A stretch of 64,000 nucleotides of DNA. Source: Octopus sinensis (Eukaryota). Made by a program: the position numbers and the translations under genes. The notes beneath the pieces were generated by a model that was given only the letters and a program-made list of their open reading frames with translations, was not told the origin of the DNA and did not search any database. The stretch is from contig NC_043001.1 of NCBI RefSeq assembly GCF_006345805.1, positions 744,001-808,000 of the forward strand. Direction: 5' to 3'. Below are positions 36,457 through 50,642 of this stretch, piece after piece. Each line of letters starts with the position of its first letter. Within the stretch, counting starts at the first letter, position 1.

Positions 36457-36771
36457 TATTTTTCTCATGAAATATATAGATTGCTTAGAAGTGCTCAAGT
36501 GGAACCTGAGACGTGTATATATATATATATATAGATCTTAAGATCCTGGAAAGGTAGAAAGATGGGGTACTTCAATGCAGAACTCAACCCAAGGTTTAGG
36601 CCATCTACACTCTTGAATTGTAGACTAAAATATGATTGAAATTCTTCAGGTGAAAGAAAATCCAGGTGTCACAACAGTAAAACCAAAGTGTGTGTTTAGT
36701 GAAGAGTAAAATATAATCTGAATGAGAAGAAATAGTTTATCTTTAATGATTCGTTACAATTGTTTCTGTAG

Positions 36772-37145
36772 CAACTGTTTTTAATACCAATTCACACAAA
36801 AGTTCCATGTGAAAAGTTATGAAATATTCAGTTTTAAACATTAGAGTGACACTTTGTCACCCTTGAATCAAAGGTGTGTTTTCGCATTAAGTGTCTGCCA
36901 AGCATTCTATTTCATTTATGGTAGGACGAAACTGTCATTTCACAATTTTATTTTTGTCTTTATTTCTATTTGTACTTCTTGTTTCCTCCTGATATAAACG
37001 AAATACAATGCACAGCAGATGCACAATATAAGAACACACCTTTGATGCAAATCTGATGAAGTGCCACTCTGACATTTAAAGCGGCAATTATTATATAACT
37101 TTTGACATGGAACTTTTACATAAATTGGTATTAAAAACACAGTTG
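36772..37145. repeat. Old foldback / long imperfect inverted repeat (~160 bp arms, ~45 bp spacer)
   Basis: caactgtttttaataccaatt..aagttccatg..agagtgacact..atcaaaggtgtg vs cacacctttgat..agtgccactct..catggaactt..aattggtattaaaaacacagttg. Confidence 0.75.
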
Positions 37146-37250
37146 GTAGAGAATCAACTGTAACTGGTCATTAAAGATGTCACAAACTCTTTGTCTTCTT
37201 ATTTGGATCATATAATTAAACATATAAACATATATGTATGTATATATGTA

Positions 37251-37324
<74 letters not shown>

Positions 37325-39701
37325 ACATATTGTATTGTTATAGTGTTAAATATAGCAATATAAGAGTGACATGGAAAAGTCATATGGTTTCAGATAAAAA
37401 CTTTTGCACAATATAGTCATAATCAAATTACACACATACAAAGACACACACACACACACACACACACACATGCACGCACACACATGGCAAGCTTTTACTC
37501 AGATTCCTTGCACCAACTTCAACTGACAGGTCATTGGTTTGCCCAAGACTTTGGTCCAAGGCACCTAAGCCAAAGTGTCATGTCAGATGAGGTCACCAAG
37601 TTAGCAAGCACACAGACACAGGGCTTGTTTATTAAGGTCAGTATGGAGTAGGGTGGAATTTAGGGAAGTAATCTAGTAACACCAATGAGGGAATCCTTAA
37701 GTTGATGTCAACTTGCTAGAAATAACAGCTAACTAACTCCTGAAGTACATAATAGTCTTATAAAACAAGTCACATTGGCTAATATAGCTGGAGTACACAA
37801 ACAGACACAATCTGCTCTATTGTTTATTTGCAAACAACAACAACAAGTGGAAAGTAAATACAACATTGATTTAAATGGAAGATGAGGAAACTAAAATATT
37901 TAGTTTTTAGATTTAGTTTAGCATACTGCTGTAATCTGATTAGATTAGCCCAAATACCAATATATTACTGGTACTCGAAAGCCTGATTATTGTCTGCAAG
38001 ATGTAAATCAAGACGGAAATCATTCTGAAGGAACCCTCTATGTGCATAGTTGATCTGCAGGAAATAAGAGCCAAATCTTCCTCAGATGACACTCTACAAT
38101 CCCAACAAGACAAAAGATTTATTGGATAATGTAGTTGTAAACAGATGGGATGGTCATGGTTGAACCAGCTGTTTGATCAAGGGACTGAGGGAAATAACTT
38201 ACTCCCTTGTTTTTGTATTTGCTTGAAAGCAATATTATCGAGTAAAGTGTTCCCAGGATATTACTGCAACCAAAGTTCTTACATACAAACAAGATGAAAA
38301 GTAGAGTAAAAAACTTGCTTTGAATGTAGAATGAAGAAACTAAAAACAATAAACAATTTCGGTTGGAATTCACTTATTTCTTTCAGTTGACCTGTTTTGT
38401 AGGGATATTACTGCTAAGGGGTTTGACCTCAGTTTATTGTTGGTGCCTTTTGTATTCACCTCCCATCTCTAAGTTCTTTAAATAGATGAAAGGTAAAGCT
38501 CAACCTAAAGTGAATTGTCAGTTACAGAGCATAAAAAGAATTAAACTCCCAGAAGTGATGGAGGGGGGGTCTATAAAGCCAAGGGAATCCAAGGGTGAAC
38601 TGTGTACATTGAACTGGGTGGGGGGAATACACCCCCCCCCACGCTACATACTGTCGTAATATATTTAATCAAACACTGTTTCTTTATGCAGTAATGCCTT
38701 TGTGGAATGCTTTACGGTTTCTGCTGATAAACTTCACTAACAATCCATAAAGTAACATTGGTAACAGCATTTAATACAAGAGTCTCTAGTTCCAGGGAAT
38801 TTCTGCTTCATTCAGCAGCAAATGCCTGTCTGTTAGGGTTGTTGAAATCTAAGCAGTGCCTCTTTCTTCTGTTTTCGCATTAGAAATATTCTGTGGATCT
38901 TTATTTTTTCACAAGATGCTATATTTATCACAACGAATTGCAGTTGGCTAAAGGGATAACATATCAGTTTATGAATTGAAGAACGAATAGTTCAGATCCT
39001 ACCAAAGACATGTTTTATTGTATTTATCCTAAGGAGACTTTGCAAACTGGCCCAGTTGTAGGAAGTTGTAAATAGATAAAGATATTAAGAAGTATACATG
39101 GACATAACAAACAGATTCAAAGGAAACTTAGAAGGAAGTGGTCAAAGCAAGAAGTCTGAGAGTTGAAGAGATTTAATCAATAACTGTTGGGCATCTGTCT
39201 TACCATTACACAGAATATAATTCTTCTTAATGTATTAGTTGTAAATCTGACAAAAATATGTTTTGTTTTACCTGAACGTTTTGTTAGGAATTGACTGAAA
39301 TAATTTGGCTCAGCTGGTTCATTTATTTTTTATTAACCAATCAAAGAACACAAACCCAACAACTAGCTAGGACTCATCATGTTCTATAAAAGCCTTACAC
39401 TCACCAATTTGCTGTTTCAAGAAAATCTCCAAATCACAACAAGAATAAAGTTTTGAAAAAGCAATCAAACCTACATATCTATCCATCTACCTAGTTCCTT
39501 ATTTCACAGACCGAACCATTTGGCAAAACAGAATTATGGTAAAAATATTAAGGAGAAATATGTTTCTGTTTACTGGTACCAAATGGCACATTGCTTAAAA
39601 ACTATTCGTTGCATTAATTTTTCAGGGAACTTATGCCAGATAAAATTACAATATTTTTCAAGTAAAATTTCCATAATACAACTGAAATCTGTTTCATTTA
39701 A

Positions 39702-39973
39702 CCCTTTTGATGCCAGTTCACCTGAGGGCACAGGTAATTCTGTTAAATTTATGTGTTATCTCCTGGTTTAAACTGTTCAATGTTTAAATATAAACTTGCA
39801 ATCATAAACTTTTTCAAAAAGCATTCTGTTAAGTTGTGTTGCAAACATCATTAGCTTAATATACTAATTAATAAACAAAGTTAATTATTTTAGTGAAGAA
39901 CTCTAAATTCCTGATTATTTTCAAAATTAATTGAAATATACGCTGTGTATTTTAATTAAAATTATGACAACAG
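39702..39973. mobile_element. piggyBac-type MITE, degenerate
   Basis: TTAA|CCCTTTTGAT ... gacaacag|TTAA; related in opposite orientation to 48600-48775. Confidence 0.55.
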
Positions 39974-40999
39974 TTAAATTCTTGTCTCTCTTTTCCTCCT
40001 TTCTCTCTCTCTCTCTCTTCCCACATCAAATCATTTTAATAAATCATCACTCTTAGCTATTTCCCTACTTAATCCCATCTATACCACAGAAAGCAGGCAA
40101 GCTAGTCAGCCTGCTAAAAATAGCTACTAAAATTCCTTTAAATCAGATAATTCCTCATAAATATGATTATACTGCTTCTAACAACTCTGGAATTGGTTCC
40201 ATAAAATTATTCCCTTCTCACCAAGCACAAGTGAATCAGTGAATTTTTCAATCCTCAAGGATAATAAAATTAATTGTAATTTATTTTTAATTATGGACTT
40301 TAATGAATAAAGTTTTGCAACACTGACCTCTACCAGATTTCTGGGTTATAGGTCTTACTTTAAATAAGAAAAGATTAACATAGTCCTATATATTTCTCAT
40401 AAAAAGAGAGCAAGGTGGGTCACAGTTGGAATGGTTTTCATCATAAATCAGTTCTGTCAGGATTGAGCCTAACTATGCTAAAAAAAAATTGCCCTTCTCT
40501 GTGAATTACCATTTTTTAAATAACCTTTTCTAGGTAAACTAAAATGAGTGTCAGTGATAGAAATTCCATGATACTCAGTCCAGTCTGGAGTTCCCTTAGA
40601 ACATTCTCTTATGTTTCATCCAATGTCTTTTAGTTTGATCCCAGCTGTTTGTTCCAAACCCAATGACATTCCTCATTTGGTCTAGTAATGTTGGACTTGA
40701 TTATTATCTTTGTTAATCTAGCAGAAACATTAATTAGCAAAATTAATGGTTGGCAGGGTTACCCTCCTAATTTTACTCCCCACATCAGCTCTCTTTACAG
40801 CCTTTCCAAAAACAGAGAGCACTGCACTGACCAATGAAGGAGTCGCAGTCTGCCAGAAATAATGTTTTTTATGTGCCACCAGCATGGGAGACAGTCAGCA
40901 GCCATATACATGGTATGACGGTCTTTCTAAGTGCTACCACTTTAGACAGTATACTGGGTGTGTTCTGCATAGCACTGGCACGAGTGAAGTCACCATGAA

Positions 41000-41480
41000 A
41001 ATTATAAGAGAAAACCCCTTGACTGAGGGGCATTGTAGCAGAGAGGGAGGGAGCTAGATGTTGAGAGGCTTAATATATGAAAGAAGGACTGGTACAGGTA
41101 TCAAATGGTAGAGGAGATACATAGCTATTTCATCTGGGAAAGTAGAGAAGATGATGTGGTCAAGGCATACCCTCAAGATACAAGAAGGTGGATAAAAAGT
41201 GAAAAAGGACAGAGAACACAGGCTGGCTGGGTGAAGGGGTAGGTTCATTAAATTATGAAAGGAGAGGAATAGATCGTTAGAGATGAAGATAGAGGTGAAT
41301 GCAGTAGATGGAGAACAAGGGTAGAGGTAAGATCAATGGTGTATATTAGTTTGTTAGTGAAAGAAATAAGAGTGGATTAGGGAAGAGGAGGTGATGACTG
41401 GCAGTATTAAGAGGAGTTGGGGTAAGGGAGGGCAGCAGAATAATAAAACTGTAGATAGATGAGAAATAGGGTGTATAGCC
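41000..41480 (-). mobile_element. Possible very old L2/Jockey-type LINE 3' fragment
   Basis: Purine-skewed plus strand typical of antisense L2-type ends; no clean motif recoverable. Confidence 0.25.
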
Positions 41481-41938
41481 ATGATGATTGGGTGGTTAAA
41501 ACATTCACTTTGCAACCATATGGTTTAGAGTTCAGTACCAATGTGAGGCACCTTGGGTAAATACTTCTATTGTTCTGGGGCAACCAATGCCTTGAAAGTA
41601 AAGGTGGCAGACATCATGAGTGTGTGTGTGTGTGTGTGTATGTGCGCGTGTGCGTGCGTGTGTGTGTGTGCGTGTGCATGTATGAGCATTTATATTCTGC
41701 TCTCCTCTGGCAAATTACTGAGCAACGGATGATGATATTATTGACATGTCCCTGTCAACAAATCACTCAACTGTGTCCTGCTTTTGAAGATGAGAGAACT
41801 GGAAATGTTTTTAATTAAGAAACAAGGCTTAGGAAGAGGAAGGGCAGGGTTTTCAGCTGTAAAAACCAATGTTTCAGTAATGTTTATTTATCTAACCCAT
41901 GACAGCACAGAAAAGCAAACATAAAGCAAACAAATGAA

Positions 41939-41969
<31 letters not shown>

Positions 41970-41972
<3 letters not shown>

Positions 41973-42205
41973 CATGGCTGTGTAGTAAAAAGTATCTTCT
42001 ACTATAGCCCTGGGCTGACCAAAGCCTCGTGAGTAGATTTGGTAGATGGAAACCATTTGAAAATGGGTGTTAGTCTTTTTAAGTCCCTGTAACTTAACAG
42101 TTCAGCAAAAGTGATCAATAGAGTAAGTACTGGGGTCGATTCATTCAGCTAAAAGTTCTTCAAAGTGATGCCCCAGTATGGCCGTAATCTAATGACTGGA
42201 ACAAG
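41970..42205 (+). mobile_element. tRNA-derived SINE, internally deleted
   Basis: ggcatggctgtgtag..ctactatagccctggg..gtactggggtcgat..gaacaagtaaaag. Confidence 0.75.
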
Positions 42206-42225
42206 TAAAAGATAAAAGATATATA

Positions 42226-42534
42226 TAAGAGCAAAAGGAAAAAAATTCTTTGCCAATATCCTGAAAAATAGATGCTAAATCGTCGAACCACACAAAATAT
42301 TTTCACTTAATTATTACACCATGTGGCGAAACGAGGAAAGCAAGCAATTAGAAATTCATGAAAATGTAGCCATCCCCAAACTGGGGGTTTAGCATCTATT
42401 TTCTAGCATATTGACAAAAAAGTTTCTTTCTTTTTGCTCTTATTTATAATTGTATTTGTAATTTTCACTTTAAAAGGTATTTTTCATATGGTGGCCACTG
42501 ATAAAATTTTTAATAAAATTTTATCCTTAAAGTG

Positions 42535-42535
<1 letters not shown>
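42226..42535. mobile_element. Foldback element between TA runs: ~55 bp arms (42226-42442) plus one-sided tail
   Basis: taagagcaaaagg..aaaatagatgctaaa vs tttagcatctatttt..ctttttgctctta. Confidence 0.7.
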
Positions 42536-42571
<36 letters not shown>

Positions 42572-42626
42572 TCATCATCATCATCATCATTTATACACAC
42601 ACATATATATATATACACATATATAC

Positions 42627-42689
<63 letters not shown>

Positions 42690-45600
42690 TATATATATAT
42701 ACATATATACAGAGAGAGAGAGAGAATGAGAGAGAGAGAGAGAGAGAAAGATGCTGGTAAGCAGAGAAGCAAAACCATTTCACATCCTGAAGGTGAGTCC
42801 ATGATTGCCTGGAAACATTTATTAAAAAGAATTTAGGAACTTTATTGTTCCAGATCACCTTTAAGGGCCGGGTGTACAATTATTGGTAAACTTCAAGAAA
42901 AAGGGATTAAATCAGAACACAACTGTATTTTCAGCAGAAAATATGTCAGGAGTTTGCTTCCCAATCGTGATATCAGGTTTAGTCCCACAGCACCAAAGGC
43001 AAGTATCTTCTTTTGTAGCTCCATGGCAACCAAAGCCTTGTGAATGGATTTCACTGACAGAAATGAAATAAATGTGTATGTGTGTGTGTTTCCTTGACTT
43101 GACATCACATGGTGGATGTAAGCAAATGTCACGTCACCTTCATGCAAGTAGTGCCTTTCATTTCCACAATTCCATGGAAACATGTCTAGTCATAAGGAAA
43201 TCGTACTTTACTTGGCAACAGGTAAGTGTTGGTGACAGGAAGGGCATCCAGTCATAGAAAATCTGCCTCAACCAATTCCATCTGATATTCATGCAAGCAG
43301 GAAAAAATGGACATTAAACTGATGATGATGATGATGATGATAATGCGTGTGTATACACACACACATATATATGTATGTACACACACACATGTTTATGAGT
43401 GTTTGTTTACGAGCCTCTCTACATATATTGTAAATATTATTTTTGTTGTTAACTAATTTTATTAAATATTATGCAGTTATCTAAAGAATATTTTATATTC
43501 AAGAATTCTTTAATTATTTATTATATTCAATAGGTAAATTTGTAATTATTCACAAGGTTTCTATGATAACATTTACTGAACAGATAAGAGTATTCTATGA
43601 TGAAATAGGAAATGTATAATACCTCACTGAAAGCATATAAAGAACTGATAAAATCTCTAATTTCAATATTAATGTTAAAAAATACTGCTTTTTTTTTTTC
43701 CTATTTCTTGCAACTCCAAATTCAAAATACTATTTATGAATTGTTTTGCATGTTAAAAAGGCAACTTTTAGAATAATGGAATTTGGGTTTCTTTCTTTTT
43801 AACAGTGAAAAGTTTTGATTTTTTCCCTATACATATAGAGGACACTAAACTTCAGGTTTTTGGTTATTATAAAAGTGAACAATTTAAAAAAATAACGACT
43901 CCATGGCCATTAAAAATTCTCTCCTTCATATAAACAATACTAATTGCTGTGGTGATTATTTTTCATCTCCTGATGATATGATTGTCCTATTGAGTTTTAT
44001 ATTGATCTGTATGAAAATAATATTGATCAATATCTGTCATGTATCACTTCTTGAAAATAATAATCAGATGAATTTCTGCTGTACAACAACAAATTGCTTT
44101 TAGCTTGTGAGGTTTGGTTGTTTTAGCAGGTTGGAGCCATGGTTGTTGACTGACAGAAAAATAATGATTTCATTATCAAATTATTATATTTTGTAGGACT
44201 TCCTCTATCAAATAAATATGTAATAACACATAGATGTGGAGACTTAATTATTGTTTCATTTGACATCCATGCTAACTTTCAAAAGTAGTAACAGTCCCTT
44301 TAATATCATTATAATTTACATATGTTGTTTACTTTTTTTTTATACAAATAGATTTTCATATCTTTCCTTATTTTTTTATTTTTTGATAAATATTTTTTCA
44401 ATATTTATTTTCCTACATTTTTTGTTGACCTAAATTGAAAATCCGCCTGCTTACCAATCACTTTTGTTGATGCAATTGAAAGATTGAAAATGGTAAATAT
44501 CACTAAGTTATTTTGTGCCAGCTTCCATTTATTTATTTACTATACTCTTAGTTTTGTATTGAGTACTCCACAACTATGTATTTTTTCTACAATTGCACTA
44601 AGATATCATTATATATACACACACACATATATACATACACAAACACACATGCACATATGTGTGCCTATGCGTATGTATACATGTATACACATATATGTAT
44701 GTATGTACTTACACACACACACACACGCACATACACACAGGCTTGTATGTTATTTATCATGATGTTCACAGGCAACTAATTTATCCAAACCAACTTGTTA
44801 GATAAAGATTACAAGCCATGAAAATGTGTGTTATCATTTTTGAATCTTGAAACTCACTGAAAGAATATGTTTAGTTTCTGTCATATGCTACCATGCTAAC
44901 CATCAAATGGGAATTTACTGCAAAATAAATTTTAAATTGGTTCTTATCAGAAAATACTTGGATGTAAAAATAGTCAGTGGCATCTATGAGAAGACGTTCT
45001 TTTTACTGGGAAATCTTTCTCCAAAATTACATATATTTTCAATGACCCCCCCTGTGTAACCTACTTGGTTAGAGAATATGAAAAATATTATTAAAAGTAA
45101 AATCTCCTGCCCACCCACCCATCACCCGACATCAACAGCAACAACAACAACAGAAATAATAAATAGTGGGGAAAATGGTGGAAGATTCAAGACATATATT
45201 TTGAGGTTTGACAAGTTAGATAATAAAATGACTGATGATGATATATTTGAAATGATTTTAGTGATTAATGATTTAAGTAAAATGAGAAGCCAAAGTGGCA
45301 AACAAGAGAATAAAATATGAAAAAGAGGAAAGAATAAGTTGAAGGGTTGACTCAAATTGAGTTTTATTCTTTCAGTCCCTGATAAAAGAACCCTCAGCCA
45401 TTAGGGTTAACTACTTCTGATGTTCTTCACCCTTTAGGTTCAATCAAATACAAAAACTCTCCCAGACTTTCTTTAATAGAATTTTGTTTATTGTGGTTGT
45501 TGTTATTTAACACTTTAGTATTTAAACTGGTCAGATCCGGTCCAACTATTTATGTTCAAACTGGTCAGATCTCACTTCTCACACCTGTCCAACAATATCA

Positions 45601-45846
45601 TTCTAAACATAAACAGTCACATCATTAAAATTTCAAAGTTACAAGATAATCCCTGATTAATTCAAGACAATGTGAACAAAACTTCTATGCTTGGTACGGG
45701 TTGGACAGTGAGCATGCAAGAAGGGGATGTGGGGACAGTAATAAGTATACACAGACATATGCATATTGTTGTGTGTATATGTATGTATGTAAGTATGAGT
45801 GTGTGTATGTATGTATGTACATATGTATGTATATATGTATGTATGT

Positions 45847-46496
45847 CAGGTAACTTTCGAGTGCTATTGGTAACATGTAACCCAGTACAACCTGTTGCAT
45901 GTTCAGGCTGTTGGCAACTAAACCGGCAACTCCACCAAGCTTGCTTGGTGAGGAGGGTGATTATTGCACACCCTGCAGGGTGAAAAACAAAACCCATCAA
46001 AGGGCGGAGAAACTCTTGAGAGTCAACAGCCATCCAATAAATGTCTTAAGGCTGTATCATGCGCGGGTACATAGAAATAATCGGACTGAATTGCCCGATC
46101 GCGCGGTTAAACCATTGGGAGTGAAGGACTCCTAGCCTTTGTCAGGGCATCCTTCTAGGAGAAGGTAACTCAGGTAACTGGGATAACTCTGACATAAAAC
46201 CTGCGGCTTAGTGGTTACCGTTGATGTTGACTTGTTCTTCTTTTCGGATTATGGCTGCTGTTGCTTAGTGAGTGGGATTGACTCAGTGCACAGCCTTTCC
46301 TTACTTTAAAAAAATCTTCTTGCACAAGCATTGCACGATAACAACATTGTTCATGATTGTTGATGGTGCTGTGAGTCTCAACTGTATGACTGGCTGTGGC
46401 CTTAAAAAGCAAATAAAAGTCGCATTCAATCACAGCCCCAATAACAGTTAAGCTTCGTGCAATGGCCATACTCGATAACGAGGGGGCAGCCATCAT
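45847..46496. mobile_element. Unclassified ~650 bp dispersed repeat, copy 1
   Basis: Colinear with 50083-50545; flanked by (TATG)n; no long ORF; several internal hairpins. Confidence 0.8.
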
Positions 46497-46949
46497 GTAT
46501 GTGTGTATGTATGTACGTATGTATGTATGCATCTGTATGCATGTGTTTATGCTTTGTGTGTGTGTGTGTGTGTATGTTACTGGGTCAGTAGTTAGGGCTT
46601 TACAGGCACTCATCAATCATTTTTGCTACTATTCCTTATCCTGAATCCCTGTAGGTCAACCCTGAGGGAAAGTCTTCTGCTGTGAGGGGTTCCAGAGAAA
46701 GAACGACTGGGCCTACTTGGTGTCCATGTTTATGTTCATTTGTTTAATGTCTGTATTTCAATGCTGGCATGGGTTAGATGGTTACATATTTAGAGAAGGA
46801 TTTTATGGTTGAATGCTCTTCCTGATGCCCAGCCTTACAAGTTTTCCAAGTAAAAGTGTAGATGTAAACACACAAACACACACTCATACACAAACACACA
46901 CACACACGTGCACACACACATACACATACACACACATAAATAACAGGCT

Positions 46950-47097
46950 TTTTCTTAATTTCTGTCTACCAAAATCACTCACAAGGCTTTGGCCAGCCCA
47001 AGGTTATAGTACAAGAAACTTGCCCAAGGTCTCTGCTATGGGACTGAACTCAAAACTGCACGATTGCAAAGTAAACTACTTAAAGCACACAGCCATG

Positions 47098-47100
<3 letters not shown>
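46950..47100 (-). mobile_element. tRNA-derived SINE 5' part
   Basis: ctaccaaaatcactcacaaggctttgg..gggactgaactc..cacagccatgcc. Confidence 0.7.
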
Positions 47101-47153
<53 letters not shown>

Positions 47154-48123
47154 TATTTGCATGTATACACATACATGTGTGTATGTGGATTTCCTACAAC
47201 ATTTTTATTCATTTTTTTTTATGGTTTAGTGAGAGGTGTCCTCGACCATTTTTAAGGGACTCCCTTACTGGGGCTGAGGATAGAAACGAGATGATTAAAA
47301 CCCCAGGCTGACTACCTGATCTGAATTACTTGGCAACTGATTGGACACAAACACTCAATGGTCAGGAGAAGGTCTCAAACTGTCCACTCAATCAATCACA
47401 ACTGTAACCCTGTTTTTAGGAAAGCCATCACTTATTCCACAATCAAATCAGGTTTCCTGTTTTCTTGAGCACAAACAACACAAACTCCAAACCATTCAAG
47501 CTGACAATGGAATTTCCACAGTGAAATTGCTAGAAATAACCACAAAATCATTACTCTATAAAATAATTACGGAACTAATTCTATCAACAGACCATAACAG
47601 CAACAGAAGAAGGTAGATATTCAGGGTGGGTGCTACACACCTACCAATAATGGTGATTGGTGTTTGATTTACTCGGATCTTATTTAATATAATATTATCA
47701 GAATATAATCTGGAAGTATTTTGGTTTCAGATCTAATAATACCCTGTGTGAACCCAAGACTAAGCCAGGCTGTGGTCATATGATATACAGAGAAAGCCGA
47801 GAAAGTGTGTATATTTATAGCAGAGAAGTAGACTAAGACTAGCAGCAGCCCCTCCCACCCCACAGACTATGTCAACCACACACACACACACACACAGCTC
47901 TAGGTACCAAAGTGTCTGGACACTGTTGCTGCTGTTTTTGCCTCTCAATTGATCAACATCACTCAGTCCTACTTGTTCAACTTCTCTTTCGTGGTGTTAT
48001 CTCACACTTAAATATTTCTTTTGACAGTCCACAGCTGTCAGAGGTCAGCGAGTCAGTCTTATCTATTCTCATTCCAGGTTGTTTTAACTGACATCCAGAA
48101 CCAGGGAAAAGCATGCACACACA

Positions 48124-48161
<38 letters not shown>

Positions 48162-48909
48162 TCACTCTGTCTCTCTTTCTTTCTCACAACATACCATTCC
48201 CCCACCCCCATTCACCCTCAACACCTCAAAACATTATTTTCATATCTTTAATTTCCTGCTTTTGTCATGAATCTCATAACTTTCCATTGTGTATTGATGG
48301 TGCACCATATAAATTGTTGGAGAGATTTCCCTCATTTAATGGTGGGGGGAGGGAGGGTAGAGATGGAGATAGGGGAAATTAGGATGTTTATTAAGATGGT
48401 TTATGTGGGATGAAGAAACATGTGACCGTCAAAATATCACACACAGCTTGTGACAGAGTTAAGGGTTCCAGTCACTACAGAATTCTATCATTGATTTTCT
48501 GAGCCCTTAAGATAAGAAATAGGATTAAATGTTTGCTCTAAATAATTTATATGCCCTCAACAGGCCTTTATAGGATTTTAAGGCCTTTTGTTATCATATT
48601 TTTATAGAAATGCATTACCTTTGTTTTAATTAAGGAAGAATTTGATAAAATAATTTTGTCATTACTAACCTGGTGTTTCAAATATAGTTTTGATGGCTTA
48701 TTTTAATGTAGAACACTTAAGAAATGGAAAGTTTGTATCACAGAACAAGGGGCAGACTGGTATCAGAAGGGCTCAGGGATGCTTTACTCAGATCTGATCT
48801 GAGTAAAGCATTCCTTAATGTTGAGTAGATGAGAGAAAAATACTCTTCTCTCTTCAATGCTAGTCTATGAGACGAAGCTTTGACACGGATCTCTTTCTGC
48901 TTCATTTGT

Positions 48910-49305
48910 CATCATCATCATCGTTTAACATCCGCTTTTTTGGCCGATTTGACTGAGGGCTGGTGAACCAGATGGCTGCACCAGGCTTCAATCTTGATCT
49001 GGCAGAGTTTCTACAGCTGGATGCCCTTCCTAACGCCAACCACTCCGAGAGTGTAGTGGGTGCTTTTATGTGTCACCAGCACAGGGCCAGTCAGGTGGTA
49101 CTGGCAATGACCTCACTCGAATCTTTTACACATGCCACTGGCACAGGTGCCAGTAAGGCGATGCTGGTAATGATCACACTCGAATGGTGTCTTTTATGTG
49201 CCACCAGCACAGAGGCCAGATAGCTGCTCTGGCAACAATCACACTCGGATGGTGCTCTTAATACCCTACTAGCATGGGGCTCGAGTGCCAGTAAGGCAAC
49301 ACTGA
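48910..49305 (-). mobile_element. RTE-tail SINE with internal tandem units
   Basis: Same family and unit structure as 13115-13505. Confidence 0.8.
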
Positions 49306-49664
49306 CATTATGAGTAACAGCAGCCCTCCATGATCACCTCAGCTTAAATCTTATTTGCTCACCTGCTTTTAGTAAGTGTAAGTCTCTTGTTATGACACAT
49401 CAATCAAGTAGTAGTTAACAATGTAATAATGAAATAAATGTGTGTTACTGTACAAACTTCTTATTATATAAGTAATATGCAAGCCATGCCAGCAGGGAAC
49501 ATGCACATTCAAGGAAGTGGAAGATAATTTAATCTGAATTATTAACTTATGAAGTAACACCAGATTTGGTTTTTAATTTAATCTTTAAAAAAATGTAAGA
49601 TTTGTGGGTGGTGTGCGAATGATAATCCATATATGTGTGTGTGTGTGTATGTGTATATATATAT

Positions 49665-49850
49665 ATTTCTTTACTACCCACAAGGAGCTAAGCACAGAGG
49701 GGACAAACAAGGACAGACAAAGGGATTAAGTTGATTACATCGACCCCAGTGCGTAACTGGTACTTAATTTATCGACCCCGAAAGGATGAAAGGCAAAGTC
49801 AACCTCAGCGGAATTTGAACTCAGAACGTAACGGCAGATGAAATACGAAG
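49665..49850 (-). mobile_element. tRNA-derived SINE (separate family, young copy)
   Basis: Minus strand: cgttctgagttcaaattccgctgaggttgactttgcctttcatcctttcggggtcgataaattaagtaccag.. Confidence 0.75.
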
Positions 49851-50082
49851 TTCCTAGCTTTAAGGGTATTGCAAAAGGCCTGGTTGGAGGCCCAACCTTC
49901 TGAGTTCTTTTACAGGGCTTAGAAAAGCTGAAGGACCACTGCAATAAGTGTGTGAGTCTGAGAGGGGCATATGTTGAATAAAATCATAATTAACTGATCC
50001 TCCTTTATTTTTTTTTACCCAAAGCCAGGAACTTTTTGGCACACCCCCATATATATCTTTATGTGTGTGTGTATATATATAG

Positions 50083-50545
50083 CAAGCTTGCTTGGTGAGG
50101 AGGGTGTTTATTGAACACCCTGCGGGATGAAAAACAAAACCCGTCAAAAGGCGGAGGAACTCTTGAGAGTCAACAGCCATCCAATAAATGTCTTAAAGCT
50201 GTATCATGCGTGGGGACACAGAAATAATCGGACTGAATACCTGATCGTGCAGTTAAACCATTGGGAGTGAAGGACTCCTAGCCTTTGTTAGGGAATCCTT
50301 CTTGGAGAAGGTAGCTCAGGTAACTGGGATAACTCCGGCATAAAACCTGCGGCTCAGTGGTTACCGATGATGTTGACTTGTTCTTCTTTTCAGATTATGG
50401 CTGCTGTTGCTTAGTGAGTGGGATTGACTCGGTGCACAGCCTTTCCTCACTTTAAAACAATCTTCTTGTACAGGCATTGCACGATAACAACATTGATTAA
50501 GCTTCGCACAATGCCCACACTCGATAACAAGGGGGCAGCCACCAT
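50083..50545. mobile_element. Unclassified dispersed repeat, copy 2 (truncated, ~100 bp internal deletion)
   Basis: Colinear with 45935-46496. Confidence 0.8.
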
Positions 50546-50549
50546 ATGT

Positions 50550-50642
<93 letters not shown>

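Noticed and set aside
36920-37065. Type-II hammerhead from GGACGAAAC-T-GTC and CTGATGA
   Set aside because: Stem III has a 1-nt loop, stem II is interrupted, and the halves belong to opposite-sense parts of a foldback.
38119-38373. Minus-strand membrane-protein exon ending at GGA|GTAAGT
   Set aside because: No convincing acceptor gives a recognisable frame; isolated GTAAGT hexamers are expected many times by chance in 64 kb of AT-rich DNA.
45847-45935. HDV-like ribozyme at the end of the unclassified repeat
   Set aside because: P1/P3/P1.1 could not be nested in the required order at either end.
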